Source: an archaeon
GTDB lineage: Archaea; Iainarchaeota; Iainarchaeia; Iainarchaeales; JAAZKV01
Direction: 5' to 3'
Assembly: GCA_041661245.1 (NCBI GenBank)
Contig: JBAZUY010000002.1
Span: forward strand, 178,153-242,152
Length of the DNA: 64,000 nucleotides
Positions 19,867 through 28,481 of the stretch are shown one piece after another. Both the position numbers and the translations under genes were made by a program. Every line of letters begins with the position of its first letter. The first letter of the stretch is position 1. Under the pieces are notes generated by a model. It saw only the letters and a list, made by a program, of their open reading frames with translations, was not told where the DNA came from and did not search any database.

Positions 19867-20658
19867 ATGGCGAGAAATATTTTGACAATTTTTATTGCAT
19901 TAGTCACTTTTTCCATTCTTTTTGGTTGCGTTGCAACCCCCCAACAAATGGTGGAGTCAAATGGAATTATTAAAGATTATTTATACGAGCACCCTAATTC
20001 AAAAGTTACTGTCGCACCTTATTCTGAAAAAATTGTTGTTAAATCCTTTTGGACGGATAACTGCAAAAATTCAATTAACTTTGACAGAAACTATTACTTG
20101 GCAGAAGTAGAAGACTCTAATTTAACTCTTAGAGCTTTATTTGAGAAAAGCCAAATGATTTTTATTTGCGGAGTAATAACTGACACTTCAACAAACGAAA
20201 TCATTCCACAAACAAATTCAAATACACTCCAACAAAAAACCTGTTCATCAGAAGGAGGACTAATTTGCGACCTTAACCAAAAATGCGCAGGAAACTGGAT
20301 GAAAGTAACTGACACGGACAGATGCTGTGATAATTTATGCAAAGTTGGATTAACTGTTGATTCAAAAGACACTACTCCAGAGGTTATTGAAAAAGCAATT
20401 TGTGAAGGAGTGCCTTTCCTTGATTGTAATTCAAATCAAAAATGCACTTCAATTGCAATTGATAGAAATGTTGAATGCGGATGCGCTAAATGCGAAGAAA
20501 AAATATGCACAGATTATGGAGGATTGGTTTGCCCGAGGGACACTAATTGTTATGGAAATATCACTTCCATGCCTGATACTCAAAACTGTTGCCTTGGGGT
20601 ATGTTACAAAGTAGAAGTAACTATGACTGATACGAACGATACTAATACCACTCAATAA
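19867..20658 (+). CDS. Cys-rich secreted lipoprotein-like protein with internal repeats
   Basis: Signal plus lipobox-like ILFGC. Contains three C-x4-GGL-x-C...CC-x3-C style modules. Confidence 0.55.
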   Translation: MARNILTIFIALVTFSILFGCVATPQQMVESNGIIKDYLYEHPNSKVTVAPYSEKIVVKSFWTDNCKNSINFDRNYYLAEVEDSNLTLRALFEKSQMIFICGVITDTSTNEIIPQTNSNTLQQKTCSSEGGLICDLNQKCAGNWMKVTDTDRCCDNLCKVGLTVDSKDTTPEVIEKAICEGVPFLDCNSNQKCTSIAIDRNVECGCAKCEEKICTDYGGLVCPRDTNCYGNITSMPDTQNCCLGVCYKVEVTMTDTNDTNTTQ

Positions 20659-20728
20659 AACTAACAAAATATTTATTTAATCTAAACTTGACTGATAAAA
20701 ATATAAATACTAAAAACATTGACTTAGT

Positions 20729-22513
20729 ATGCAATATCGTAGTATGATGCGAACACACAAATCATCCCGTGCAACAGCAAAGGGTCCATCTTGTGCACCT
20801 TTTGAGGCGCAGGCAACAGCAAAGGGCCTGCCCTGTGCAACAGCACAGGGAACAATAGAATACTTAGTAATTATTGGAATAGTAGTAGTACTTTCCCTTG
20901 TGGTAGTTAGTTTGATTACTTCTACTAGTAGCGGCTCTTCTTCAACAATTTCTTCAACTTCAAATAAAATATCCCAATCCACGGGATCAATAAGTATTAC
21001 TGAATCAGTTATTGATGCAAATGGAAATGGAATAATTGCACTAAGAAATAATAGTGGAAATGACTTAACGATTAGCAAAATTGTTGTAGAGGGAAAAGAA
21101 AGTAACTATAGTTCAAACCAGCCACTTCTCCAAGGAATGAATTCAATCTTTACAATGAGTAATCTATCCCCCTATTGTAATTGCAATGGATTCGAAGGAC
21201 AAAACAAAAAATGTACTGTTATTATTCATGCCAACTCAGAATATGGATTAGACAAAACATTTCAAATTGAAACAATTATTAATTGTGTTAATACAGCAAC
21301 TCCAGAAAATCCGACCAGGGCAATCAACCCCCTAGCACCAAGCGTTCTTTTACTTAGCCCTGCTGATAACAACAACTGGACATCAAGCACTACTGTAAGA
21401 TTTGATTACAACGTAAGCACTGACGCAAATATTACTAACTGCAATTTACTAATCAATGATTTAAACCAAGCAACAAATGTACCAATTAATGGAATCGGGT
21501 ACTTTAATTATCTCGCCCCTTATGATATTAATTACACTTGGAAAATTACCTGCACGGATAGTTATAGTAGCACAGGAACTACAAATTCCAGAACAATTAG
21601 GGTGGATGCTAACGCTTACCAAATAAATGACTGCAATCAACTACAAGCAGTAAATAACAACTTAAGTGGAAATTATATTTTAATGAATGATATTAATTGC
21701 TTTGACACAAAGAACTGGAACTCACAAGCGGGGTTTAATCCAATTGGAAGTTATAGCGCAAGTCCATTTTTAGGAACTTTTGATGGAAATTATCATACGA
21801 TTTCAAACTTAAGAATAAACAGAATTTCCCAAAGCTATGTTGCTTTATTTTCTTACGTTGGAACTGGAGGGAAAGTACAAAACGTTGGATTAATTGATTC
21901 AAATGTACTAGGAAGAGGAATGGTTGCTTCTCTAGTTGCGTTCCTAAGCGGAGATGTAAATAAGAGCTTTGTAAATAATCCAATTGTTGTTTCTGATCCT
22001 AATGCTGGTGGATCAGCTAATGGGGTTGGCGGACTTGTAGGACAAAATGGAGGAACAATAAATAATAGTTATACTCTTGGCGGAAGCGTTACTGGCGGAT
22101 GGGATTATGGAGGAGGAGTTTCAGTAGGAAATGGAATTACTAGAAACTCATACTCTACAACAACAATTAACATGCCCCATAATCAAGGAATTGGAGGAGG
22201 AATTGTATCAGAAGTTAATACCGCCCAAGTATACAATTGCTTTGCTGCAGGAGCAGTAAATACTTCATCAATTAATGCTGGTGCAATTGCTGGAAGAATT
22301 TGGGCTTGGGGAGTATTCTCAAATGTTCACTGGTATGACGCCATTGGAGACACAGCAACTAATTGTTATTACAATGGAAATACTAATTGTACAAAACAAA
22401 CAGATCTGAATTGGTTCTACTTAAAGACAAATCCCCCATTAAGTTCTTGGGATTTTAATAACGTTTGGAAAGAGAATGCAACTACATTCCCAACACTAAG
22501 AGGATTTAGTTAA
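20729..22513 (+). CDS. class III signal peptide (pilin-like) protein fused to a GLUG-motif adhesin-like domain
   Basis: The AQGTIEYLVIIGIVVVLSLVV segment resembles the QxSxExxxL class III signal. C-terminal repeats (GGLVGQNGGTINNSY, IGGGIVSEV..., GAIAGRI...) and FLGTFDGNYHTISNLRINR are typical of GLUG-repeat proteins. Confidence 0.65.
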   Translation: MQYRSMMRTHKSSRATAKGPSCAPFEAQATAKGLPCATAQGTIEYLVIIGIVVVLSLVVVSLITSTSSGSSSTISSTSNKISQSTGSISITESVIDANGNGIIALRNNSGNDLTISKIVVEGKESNYSSNQPLLQGMNSIFTMSNLSPYCNCNGFEGQNKKCTVIIHANSEYGLDKTFQIETIINCVNTATPENPTRAINPLAPSVLLLSPADNNNWTSSTTVRFDYNVSTDANITNCNLLINDLNQATNVPINGIGYFNYLAPYDINYTWKITCTDSYSSTGTTNSRTIRVDANAYQINDCNQLQAVNNNLSGNYILMNDINCFDTKNWNSQAGFNPIGSYSASPFLGTFDGNYHTISNLRINRISQSYVALFSYVGTGGKVQNVGLIDSNVLGRGMVASLVAFLSGDVNKSFVNNPIVVSDPNAGGSANGVGGLVGQNGGTINNSYTLGGSVTGGWDYGGGVSVGNGITRNSYSTTTINMPHNQGIGGGIVSEVNTAQVYNCFAAGAVNTSSINAGAIAGRIWAWGVFSNVHWYDAIGDTATNCYYNGNTNCTKQTDLNWFYLKTNPPLSSWDFNNVWKENATTFPTLRGFS

Positions 22514-22597
22514 TACCCCTTTGACAAGACACTTATACTTTACTGCGGCAAACTACCCACCAAATAATTAAAAGGCAAACCTTCTTCCCTTCTCCTT

Positions 22598-24592
22598 ATG
22601 AGAGTATATTTCCCTTATGAAAAAGTCCGAGCGGAGCAACAAACATTAATCGCTGATATTTCGGATGCAATTGCAAAAGAAAAAATCTTTCTAGCACATG
22701 CCCCAACTGGACTTGGTAAAACTGCTTCCTCACTTGCCCCTGCTTTAAGTTATGCACTTGAACACAAAAAGAAAGTATTCTTTCTCACTCCAAAAATATC
22801 CCAACACGAAATAGTACTTGAGACTGCTAATTTAATGAATGAAAAGTTTGACCTTGGAATTAAAGCAATTGATCTTGTTGGAAGAAAACAAATGTGCGTG
22901 GATCCATTTACCTCTCGAACCGGAGCTGGGTTTTATGAAGCTTGTGCGAAAAAGAAAAAAGACAAAATGTGCAAGTACTATACTAACACCAAAGGATTTA
23001 CTCCAAAAGCAAAAGCAATCGCAATGCGAAGAAAGCGAGGAATCTTAGAAGAATACAACAAACAATACACTGAAATTAAAGAACAATGCGCAATCAAAGA
23101 ACTCTGCCCATACGAAATCACTCTCGAAATGATAAAAAAAGCGGATCTTGTAGTATGTGATTATTCCCATATTTTTAATGAAGATATTAGAGAAGGGATT
23201 TTAGGGCCTGCTGAAATTAAACTAGAAGATATTATTCTTGTTGTTGATGAAGCACACAACTTGCCTGAGAGATTACGAGATATGCTTGCAACTAGTTTTG
23301 ATTTAAATGGACTTGACAAAGCAATTAAAGAAGCAAGAAATATTGGGGCATTTGAAACTGAACTATTACTCAAAGACATGGAGAAAGAAATCACTAAACT
23401 TGGAACTAAACTTTCTCTTGAAAAAAGTGAGAGTACCCTTGTCCCTGGCGATATTGAGTTCTTAAAAAAATTTGCTAAAGAAGGAATGGAAGGAATTGCG
23501 GAGACTGCAAGCAAGTTTATGACAAAAAATAAAACGGAGAACTCATACTTACTTGCACTTAATGAATTTCTCTATGATCTCTTACGCGAAAAAGCACACA
23601 CGCTTTATGTGGTGGAAAGAAAAGGAGCACTTGGACTTGTTGTTGCCCCGCTTGATCCTGCAGAGATTGCTGGAAATGTACTTGAGAACGTGCACTCAGC
23701 AGTACTCATGTCAGGAACGCTACTCCCCCTAAACATGTTCGCGGATGTACTTGGAGTGAGTGAGGATAGTAAAAAAGTAAAAGAAATAATTGCAAATGAT
23801 GCAAAAGCAAAACTAATCCAAACTGTAACTGCACACAGCATGTTGCAAACTAATCCGAGTGCAATAAGCGCAAGCAGCATATCACAGATAAATCCACTTC
23901 AACATAACACTACTCCAAAGGTTTTACTTAAAGAATATAAAAGTCCTTTTGCTAAAGAAAATAGATTGAACTTATTTGTTGAGAAAACTACTACTAAATA
24001 CACTTCAAGAAACGCGGAGCAATATAATCAAATCGCACAAATGGTGGACAAAATTGTTTCAAAAGTTCCTGGAAATACTATTGTGTTTTTTCCTTCATTT
24101 GAAACAATGGAGAACATTTCAAGGAGTCTACATACCAGAAGACAAATTCTAAAACAAGAAAGAGAAATGAGTCAGGATGATAAAACTAAACTTGTGCACA
24201 AATTCAAATTACTTGGATCTGGTTTTGGAGGAGTATTACTTGCTGTTAGCGGGGGAAGTATTGCGGAAGGACTTGATTTTCCTGGAGACTATTTATCATG
24301 TGCAATAATTGTGGGAGTTCCATTTGCAAGAATGGATATTTACACAAACGCCCTAATCGAATTTTATGATAAAAAATTCCACAAAGGATGGGAATACGCT
24401 TACAATGCCCCTGCAATTAGTAAAGCACTCCAAGCGAGCGGAAGAGTTATTCGAACAGAAACAGATCGCGGAGTATGCATATTCATGGACGAAAGATTTT
24501 CTGAACCACGATTTAGACAATACTATCCAAAAGACTTTGAATTCAAAAAAACACTAGAACCAGAAAAAGAAGTTGAAGAATTTTTTAAATAA
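22598..24592 (+). CDS. xpd: XPD/Rad3-type Fe-S DNA helicase
   Basis: Walker A AHAPTGLGKT, a four-Cys Fe-S module between motifs I and II (CVDP...C...C...C), the DEAH box VVDEAHNL, and C-terminal GRVIRTETDRG. Confidence 0.85.
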   Translation: MRVYFPYEKVRAEQQTLIADISDAIAKEKIFLAHAPTGLGKTASSLAPALSYALEHKKKVFFLTPKISQHEIVLETANLMNEKFDLGIKAIDLVGRKQMCVDPFTSRTGAGFYEACAKKKKDKMCKYYTNTKGFTPKAKAIAMRRKRGILEEYNKQYTEIKEQCAIKELCPYEITLEMIKKADLVVCDYSHIFNEDIREGILGPAEIKLEDIILVVDEAHNLPERLRDMLATSFDLNGLDKAIKEARNIGAFETELLLKDMEKEITKLGTKLSLEKSESTLVPGDIEFLKKFAKEGMEGIAETASKFMTKNKTENSYLLALNEFLYDLLREKAHTLYVVERKGALGLVVAPLDPAEIAGNVLENVHSAVLMSGTLLPLNMFADVLGVSEDSKKVKEIIANDAKAKLIQTVTAHSMLQTNPSAISASSISQINPLQHNTTPKVLLKEYKSPFAKENRLNLFVEKTTTKYTSRNAEQYNQIAQMVDKIVSKVPGNTIVFFPSFETMENISRSLHTRRQILKQEREMSQDDKTKLVHKFKLLGSGFGGVLLAVSGGSIAEGLDFPGDYLSCAIIVGVPFARMDIYTNALIEFYDKKFHKGWEYAYNAPAISKALQASGRVIRTETDRGVCIFMDERFSEPRFRQYYPKDFEFKKTLEPEKEVEEFFK

Positions 24593-24621
24593 AAAAAGTT
24601 AAAATTTGGATTGGAAAAAAG

Positions 24622-24771
24622 TTATCCAACCCAAGTGAAAGATTTTTGACCAGCAGAACTTGTGCTTGATGGAACATATCCTTTTTTTTGAGGGCAAACA
24701 GCCCCTTTGATGAATTGGGTTTTTGAATCATCATTAACTTGAATCGGTTCTCCATCAGCAAACAGCATCAT
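24622..24771 (-). CDS. unannotated 49-aa partner ORF of the beta-helix gene (ends QKSFTWVG)
   Basis: My translation: MMLFADGEPIQVNDDSKTQFIKGAVCPQKKGYVPSSTSSAGQKSFTWVG. It starts 2 nt after the upstream stop. Its C-terminus is shared with the ORF at 26537-26692. Confidence 0.45.
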   Translation of the reverse strand: MMLFADGEPIQVNDDSKTQFIKGAVCPQKKGYVPSSTSSAGQKSFTWVG

Positions 24772-24773
24772 AC

Positions 24774-26474
24774 TTAGCTCACCGTAAAATCATCAACATT
24801 AATTGCATAATTATTCATGTTCGGCAAGAACTCCATGCTTAGTTCTCCGTCAGCTGTAATCAAATTAGCAGCGCAAGTCCAAGTGTACAATACCCAATCA
24901 GTTGTAAGCGCAGTAATATTACTCTCGGTTTTAATTGTTACTCCGTCAAGTTTCCACTTAGGAGTTAATGTTCCTGCCCAAGAAGCATTACTTGCCTTAA
25001 GATACATTGCAAAAGTTTTTGCAGTACTTGCTTTTGCAAAACAAGAAACTATTTTTACATCAAGATTATTTGCAGTAGTTGTACTAACCCAAGAAATACC
25101 GCAACTTGGAGCAGTTGTTCTAAAAGTGTTATAATCTTTTGTCACAGAACCTGCCCCCCAAATGGTACCAGTTTGGCCAAATGAATTTTGGAAAGTATAC
25201 ATCTTTAACGCATAACCACTAACTGGTCGGGAATATGCTTTTGCAATTGATCCACTGTCAATCGTGCAACCATAACAAGAAACAACTCCGGATGTTCCAG
25301 TCTTATCAATCCCATAAGTTGTTGGAGAATTAAAAGTACAATTAGTCAAATAAACTTCCCCTGCATAACCATCCAAATAAATTCCTTTACCGCAAGCTGA
25401 AAAAGAACATGAATCAATGATTACTCCGTGAACTTGTTGAATAAATATTCCATAAGAAGTGCAATTTGTGAATACACAATTCTTGAAAACCATCCCGGCT
25501 TGGAGGGTATTTGTAGAAATCCCCGTACCACAATTCTCAAAAGTGCAGGCATCAATTACGACATTAGTGGTAACACTACTTATCCCAGTTGTTAAATTTC
25601 TAAAATAACAATTTGTTACTCCCCCGCCAGAACCAGAAATTGCGACAAGCCCGCTAGTTCCAGAAATTATTTTATTATTTACTATTGTACTTGATGCTGC
25701 AAAATTTCCAATTCCCCCAATTCCTAACAAAAAAGAATTTCTACAAGTAATGACTGCATTATTACCATAAACCCCTGAATAAGATACAACTGCAGAAGCA
25801 CAACAAGCATCAATAACCCCGCCAGTATTAGTATAAATTCCAATAGCGTAAGCATGCGCAGTACAATTAGAGATAGTCATTAAAGTAATACCAAAACCAT
25901 AATTTGTTTCAACACAATTTATTTTTGAAATAGTTGCATTAGTAGTAGTATTAACTCCATAGAAACTAACAGTTCTTGCATTATTTGATTTGAACCAAGT
26001 TTCTCCATCTTGAGTTTGAGAAGTTAAATTCCATCCGCCTGAAAGAATTGTTCCGTTGGACAAAGTCATTGCATGAGCCCCAGCAGCACCTGTTGTTACC
26101 ACAACTAATTTGTTGCAGGAAGAAGTTGATCCTGTTGACCCACCATATTTAAGTTCCAAAGTAACCGCTGTTGGAGAAACTCCATTTACTCGGTAAAATG
26201 TTTCTTCAGCCCCATTTCCCGCAGCAGTTGGTTTGCCAATATAACTTCCAACTGCAATACTTCCGGAAACATCCGAAGAAGTATTTACTGTAACACTATT
26301 CGCAGTCCAAGTAAAAGTTGAAGAAACAGAAACGTAATCCGCAGTCTTTGCAACCCTAATATCATGAGGCCCACTAGCTTTTGCTACCGCAGCATTAACA
26401 GTTAAAAGCGGAGCACCAGCAGTACCCGCCGCAGCATCACTCCCACTCGCAATATCAACATAATAAATTGCCAT
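24774..26474 (-). CDS. right-handed beta-helix protein, subfamily B (no signal peptide), C-terminal jelly-roll/CBM-like domain
   Basis: Starts MAIYYVDIASGSDAAAGT. Contains many NC[TVY]F / xNCxxG PbH1-like repeats. C-terminus is ...YAINVDDFTVS. It is a paralog of 26694-28454. Confidence 0.7.
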   Translation of the reverse strand: MAIYYVDIASGSDAAAGTAGAPLLTVNAAVAKASGPHDIRVAKTADYVSVSSTFTWTANSVTVNTSSDVSGSIAVGSYIGKPTAAGNGAEETFYRVNGVSPTAVTLELKYGGSTGSTSSCNKLVVVTTGAAGAHAMTLSNGTILSGGWNLTSQTQDGETWFKSNNARTVSFYGVNTTTNATISKINCVETNYGFGITLMTISNCTAHAYAIGIYTNTGGVIDACCASAVVSYSGVYGNNAVITCRNSFLLGIGGIGNFAASSTIVNNKIISGTSGLVAISGSGGGVTNCYFRNLTTGISSVTTNVVIDACTFENCGTGISTNTLQAGMVFKNCVFTNCTSYGIFIQQVHGVIIDSCSFSACGKGIYLDGYAGEVYLTNCTFNSPTTYGIDKTGTSGVVSCYGCTIDSGSIAKAYSRPVSGYALKMYTFQNSFGQTGTIWGAGSVTKDYNTFRTTAPSCGISWVSTTTANNLDVKIVSCFAKASTAKTFAMYLKASNASWAGTLTPKWKLDGVTIKTESNITALTTDWVLYTWTCAANLITADGELSMEFLPNMNNYAINVDDFTVS

Positions 26475-26536
26475 TTTAATTCACCAAAAGTATAACAAAC
26501 TAAACACAACGCAGTATTTAATTCTTATCAAAAAAG

Positions 26537-26692
26537 TTATCCAACCCAAGTAAAAGATTTTTGTGTGCTACAACTAGTGCCACTTGAAGGAGTGTAAGTA
26601 CTTATTGAGGGAACAATCCCCCCAGCCAGAAAAGCATTTTTTACTGGAATTTGTAACCCCAATGCTTGCCCCCTAACCACAATCATTGTCAT
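26537..26692 (-). CDS. unannotated 51-aa partner ORF (ends QKSFTWVG)
   Basis: My translation: MTMIVVRGQALGLQIPVKNAFLAGGIVPSISTYTPSSGTSCSTQKSFTWVG. It starts 1 nt after the upstream stop. Confidence 0.45.
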   Translation of the reverse strand: MTMIVVRGQALGLQIPVKNAFLAGGIVPSISTYTPSSGTSCSTQKSFTWVG

Positions 26693-26693
26693 T

Positions 26694-28454
26694 TTAACTC
26701 ACCACTAAATCATCCACGTACACAGCATATGCATTCATGTTTGTTTGAAACTCCAAACTTAATTCTCCATCAGAAGTAATTAAATTTCCTGCACAAGTAT
26801 AAGAGTACTGTACCCAACTTGTAGTAACTGAAGTTATACTCGACTCAGTTTTAATTAATTTTCCATTAATTTTCCATTTTGGAATTAATGTTCCGGACCA
26901 AGAAGCATTACTCGCTTTCAAATAAAATGCAAATGTTCGTGCATTATTTGCATTCACATATGCAGAACCAATCTTGATATCAAAAGCATTATTTGTTGTT
27001 AATGCCGCCCAAGAAATACTTAAAGACGGAGGAGTAGTTCGATAAACAGTGGCTTCTTGTAAAACTGCCCCAGCTCCATAAATTGTTCCTGATTGACCAA
27101 ATGACCCTTGCAAAATATATTGCACCATATTATAACCAACCGCAGTAATATTGTATGCTTTTGCTTGTGAAGCACTATCAATTGAACAACCATAAATGAA
27201 TGCAGTCCCACAAGCACCATTTTCTCTATAAATTGCATAATTTGTGGGAGTAGTAAAAGTACAATTTGTTAAAACATGGTCCCCCGAATATTGATCCATA
27301 CTAATCCCATAAGAAACTGAACTAAATGTGCAACTATCCACAAGTAGGGATTTACAATAACTTGTGGTAATTGCAGTCCCTGTACCATTTTGAAAAGTAC
27401 AATTTCTAATAACATAACCACTCGCCAAGTTATTTGTGACATTCGCTTTAACACCCGTCCCACAATTATTAAAAGTAAAACCATCAATTACTGCGTTTGC
27501 CCCCGGTTGGTAATAACCAGTAGTACAATTTGAAATAATATTATTAGAATAAGTAATTGGCGAAGCGGTAACAGAATTGCAATTAATACCATATATCCCA
27601 GAATTAAATTTACAATTCGAAACAGTTCCTGAAGGAGTTGAATTATAATAAAGACAACCTAGCCCACTTAACCCACTATAAAGATAACAAGAAGTAATTG
27701 TTATTGCTGGAGTTCCCGCAATATAAATCGCTGAATTAGCATTAAAGTTTGAGCCACAACAATTTTGAAAAGTACCTGCAGAACCTGCCGAAAAATAATA
27801 ACCAAGTACATAAGCTGAACTAGTACAATTTGTAAAAGTTGAGGCTGTGCCCCCATTAATAGTAAATCCAACATAAGATTCAGCACAATTCATTTTTGAA
27901 ACTGTTGCATTTGCAGTAAGGGTCAACCCGTATGCAGAAGTCGCTGTTCTTAGACCATTACTTTTAAACCAAGTCTCTCCATCCTGAGCTTGAGTAGATA
28001 AATTCCATCCGCCAGAAATAGTTGTTCCTGTAGTATTACAAGTCATTGCAGTTGCTCCCGCAGCACCTGTCGTTACAACTACAAGCTTATTTACAGAAGA
28101 TTCAGTTTTTGTTGTCCCCCCATATTTTAATTCAAGAGTAATTGTGGCTGAAGTAATTGACACAACTCTGTAAAATGTTTCTTCAGCCCCATTACCTGCA
28201 GCAGTTGTTGTCCCAATATAATCTCCTGCTGCAATCGAAGCAGTTTTGTCCGCTGAAGTAGAAACTGAGGTTGAGTTGTTAGTCCAAGTAAAAGTTGCAC
28301 CACTTATTGAAGTATAAGCACTTGTTTTTGCAACCCTAATATCATGAGGACCACTAGCTTTTGCAACAGCTGCATTAACAGTTAAAAGAGGAGCAACATT
28401 AGTGCCTGCAGCAGCATCACTCCCACTAGCCAAATCCACATAATAAATTGCCAT
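26694..28454 (-). CDS. right-handed beta-helix protein, subfamily B (no signal peptide)
   Basis: Starts MAIYYVDLASGSDAAAGT. Contains PbH1-like NCTF repeats. C-terminus is ...YAVYVDDLVVS. Confidence 0.7.
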   Translation of the reverse strand: MAIYYVDLASGSDAAAGTNVAPLLTVNAAVAKASGPHDIRVAKTSAYTSISGATFTWTNNSTSVSTSADKTASIAAGDYIGTTTAAGNGAEETFYRVVSITSATITLELKYGGTTKTESSVNKLVVVTTGAAGATAMTCNTTGTTISGGWNLSTQAQDGETWFKSNGLRTATSAYGLTLTANATVSKMNCAESYVGFTINGGTASTFTNCTSSAYVLGYYFSAGSAGTFQNCCGSNFNANSAIYIAGTPAITITSCYLYSGLSGLGCLYYNSTPSGTVSNCKFNSGIYGINCNSVTASPITYSNNIISNCTTGYYQPGANAVIDGFTFNNCGTGVKANVTNNLASGYVIRNCTFQNGTGTAITTSYCKSLLVDSCTFSSVSYGISMDQYSGDHVLTNCTFTTPTNYAIYRENGACGTAFIYGCSIDSASQAKAYNITAVGYNMVQYILQGSFGQSGTIYGAGAVLQEATVYRTTPPSLSISWAALTTNNAFDIKIGSAYVNANNARTFAFYLKASNASWSGTLIPKWKINGKLIKTESSITSVTTSWVQYSYTCAGNLITSDGELSLEFQTNMNAYAVYVDDLVVS

Positions 28455-28481
28455 ATTAATTCACCAAAAAATTTCTATAAT

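Noticed and set aside
20710-21078. The 122-aa minus-strand ORF antisense to the pilin-GLUG gene.
   Set aside because: It is antisense to a gene with clear class III signal and pilin motifs, and it reads through the GC-rich triplicated leader.
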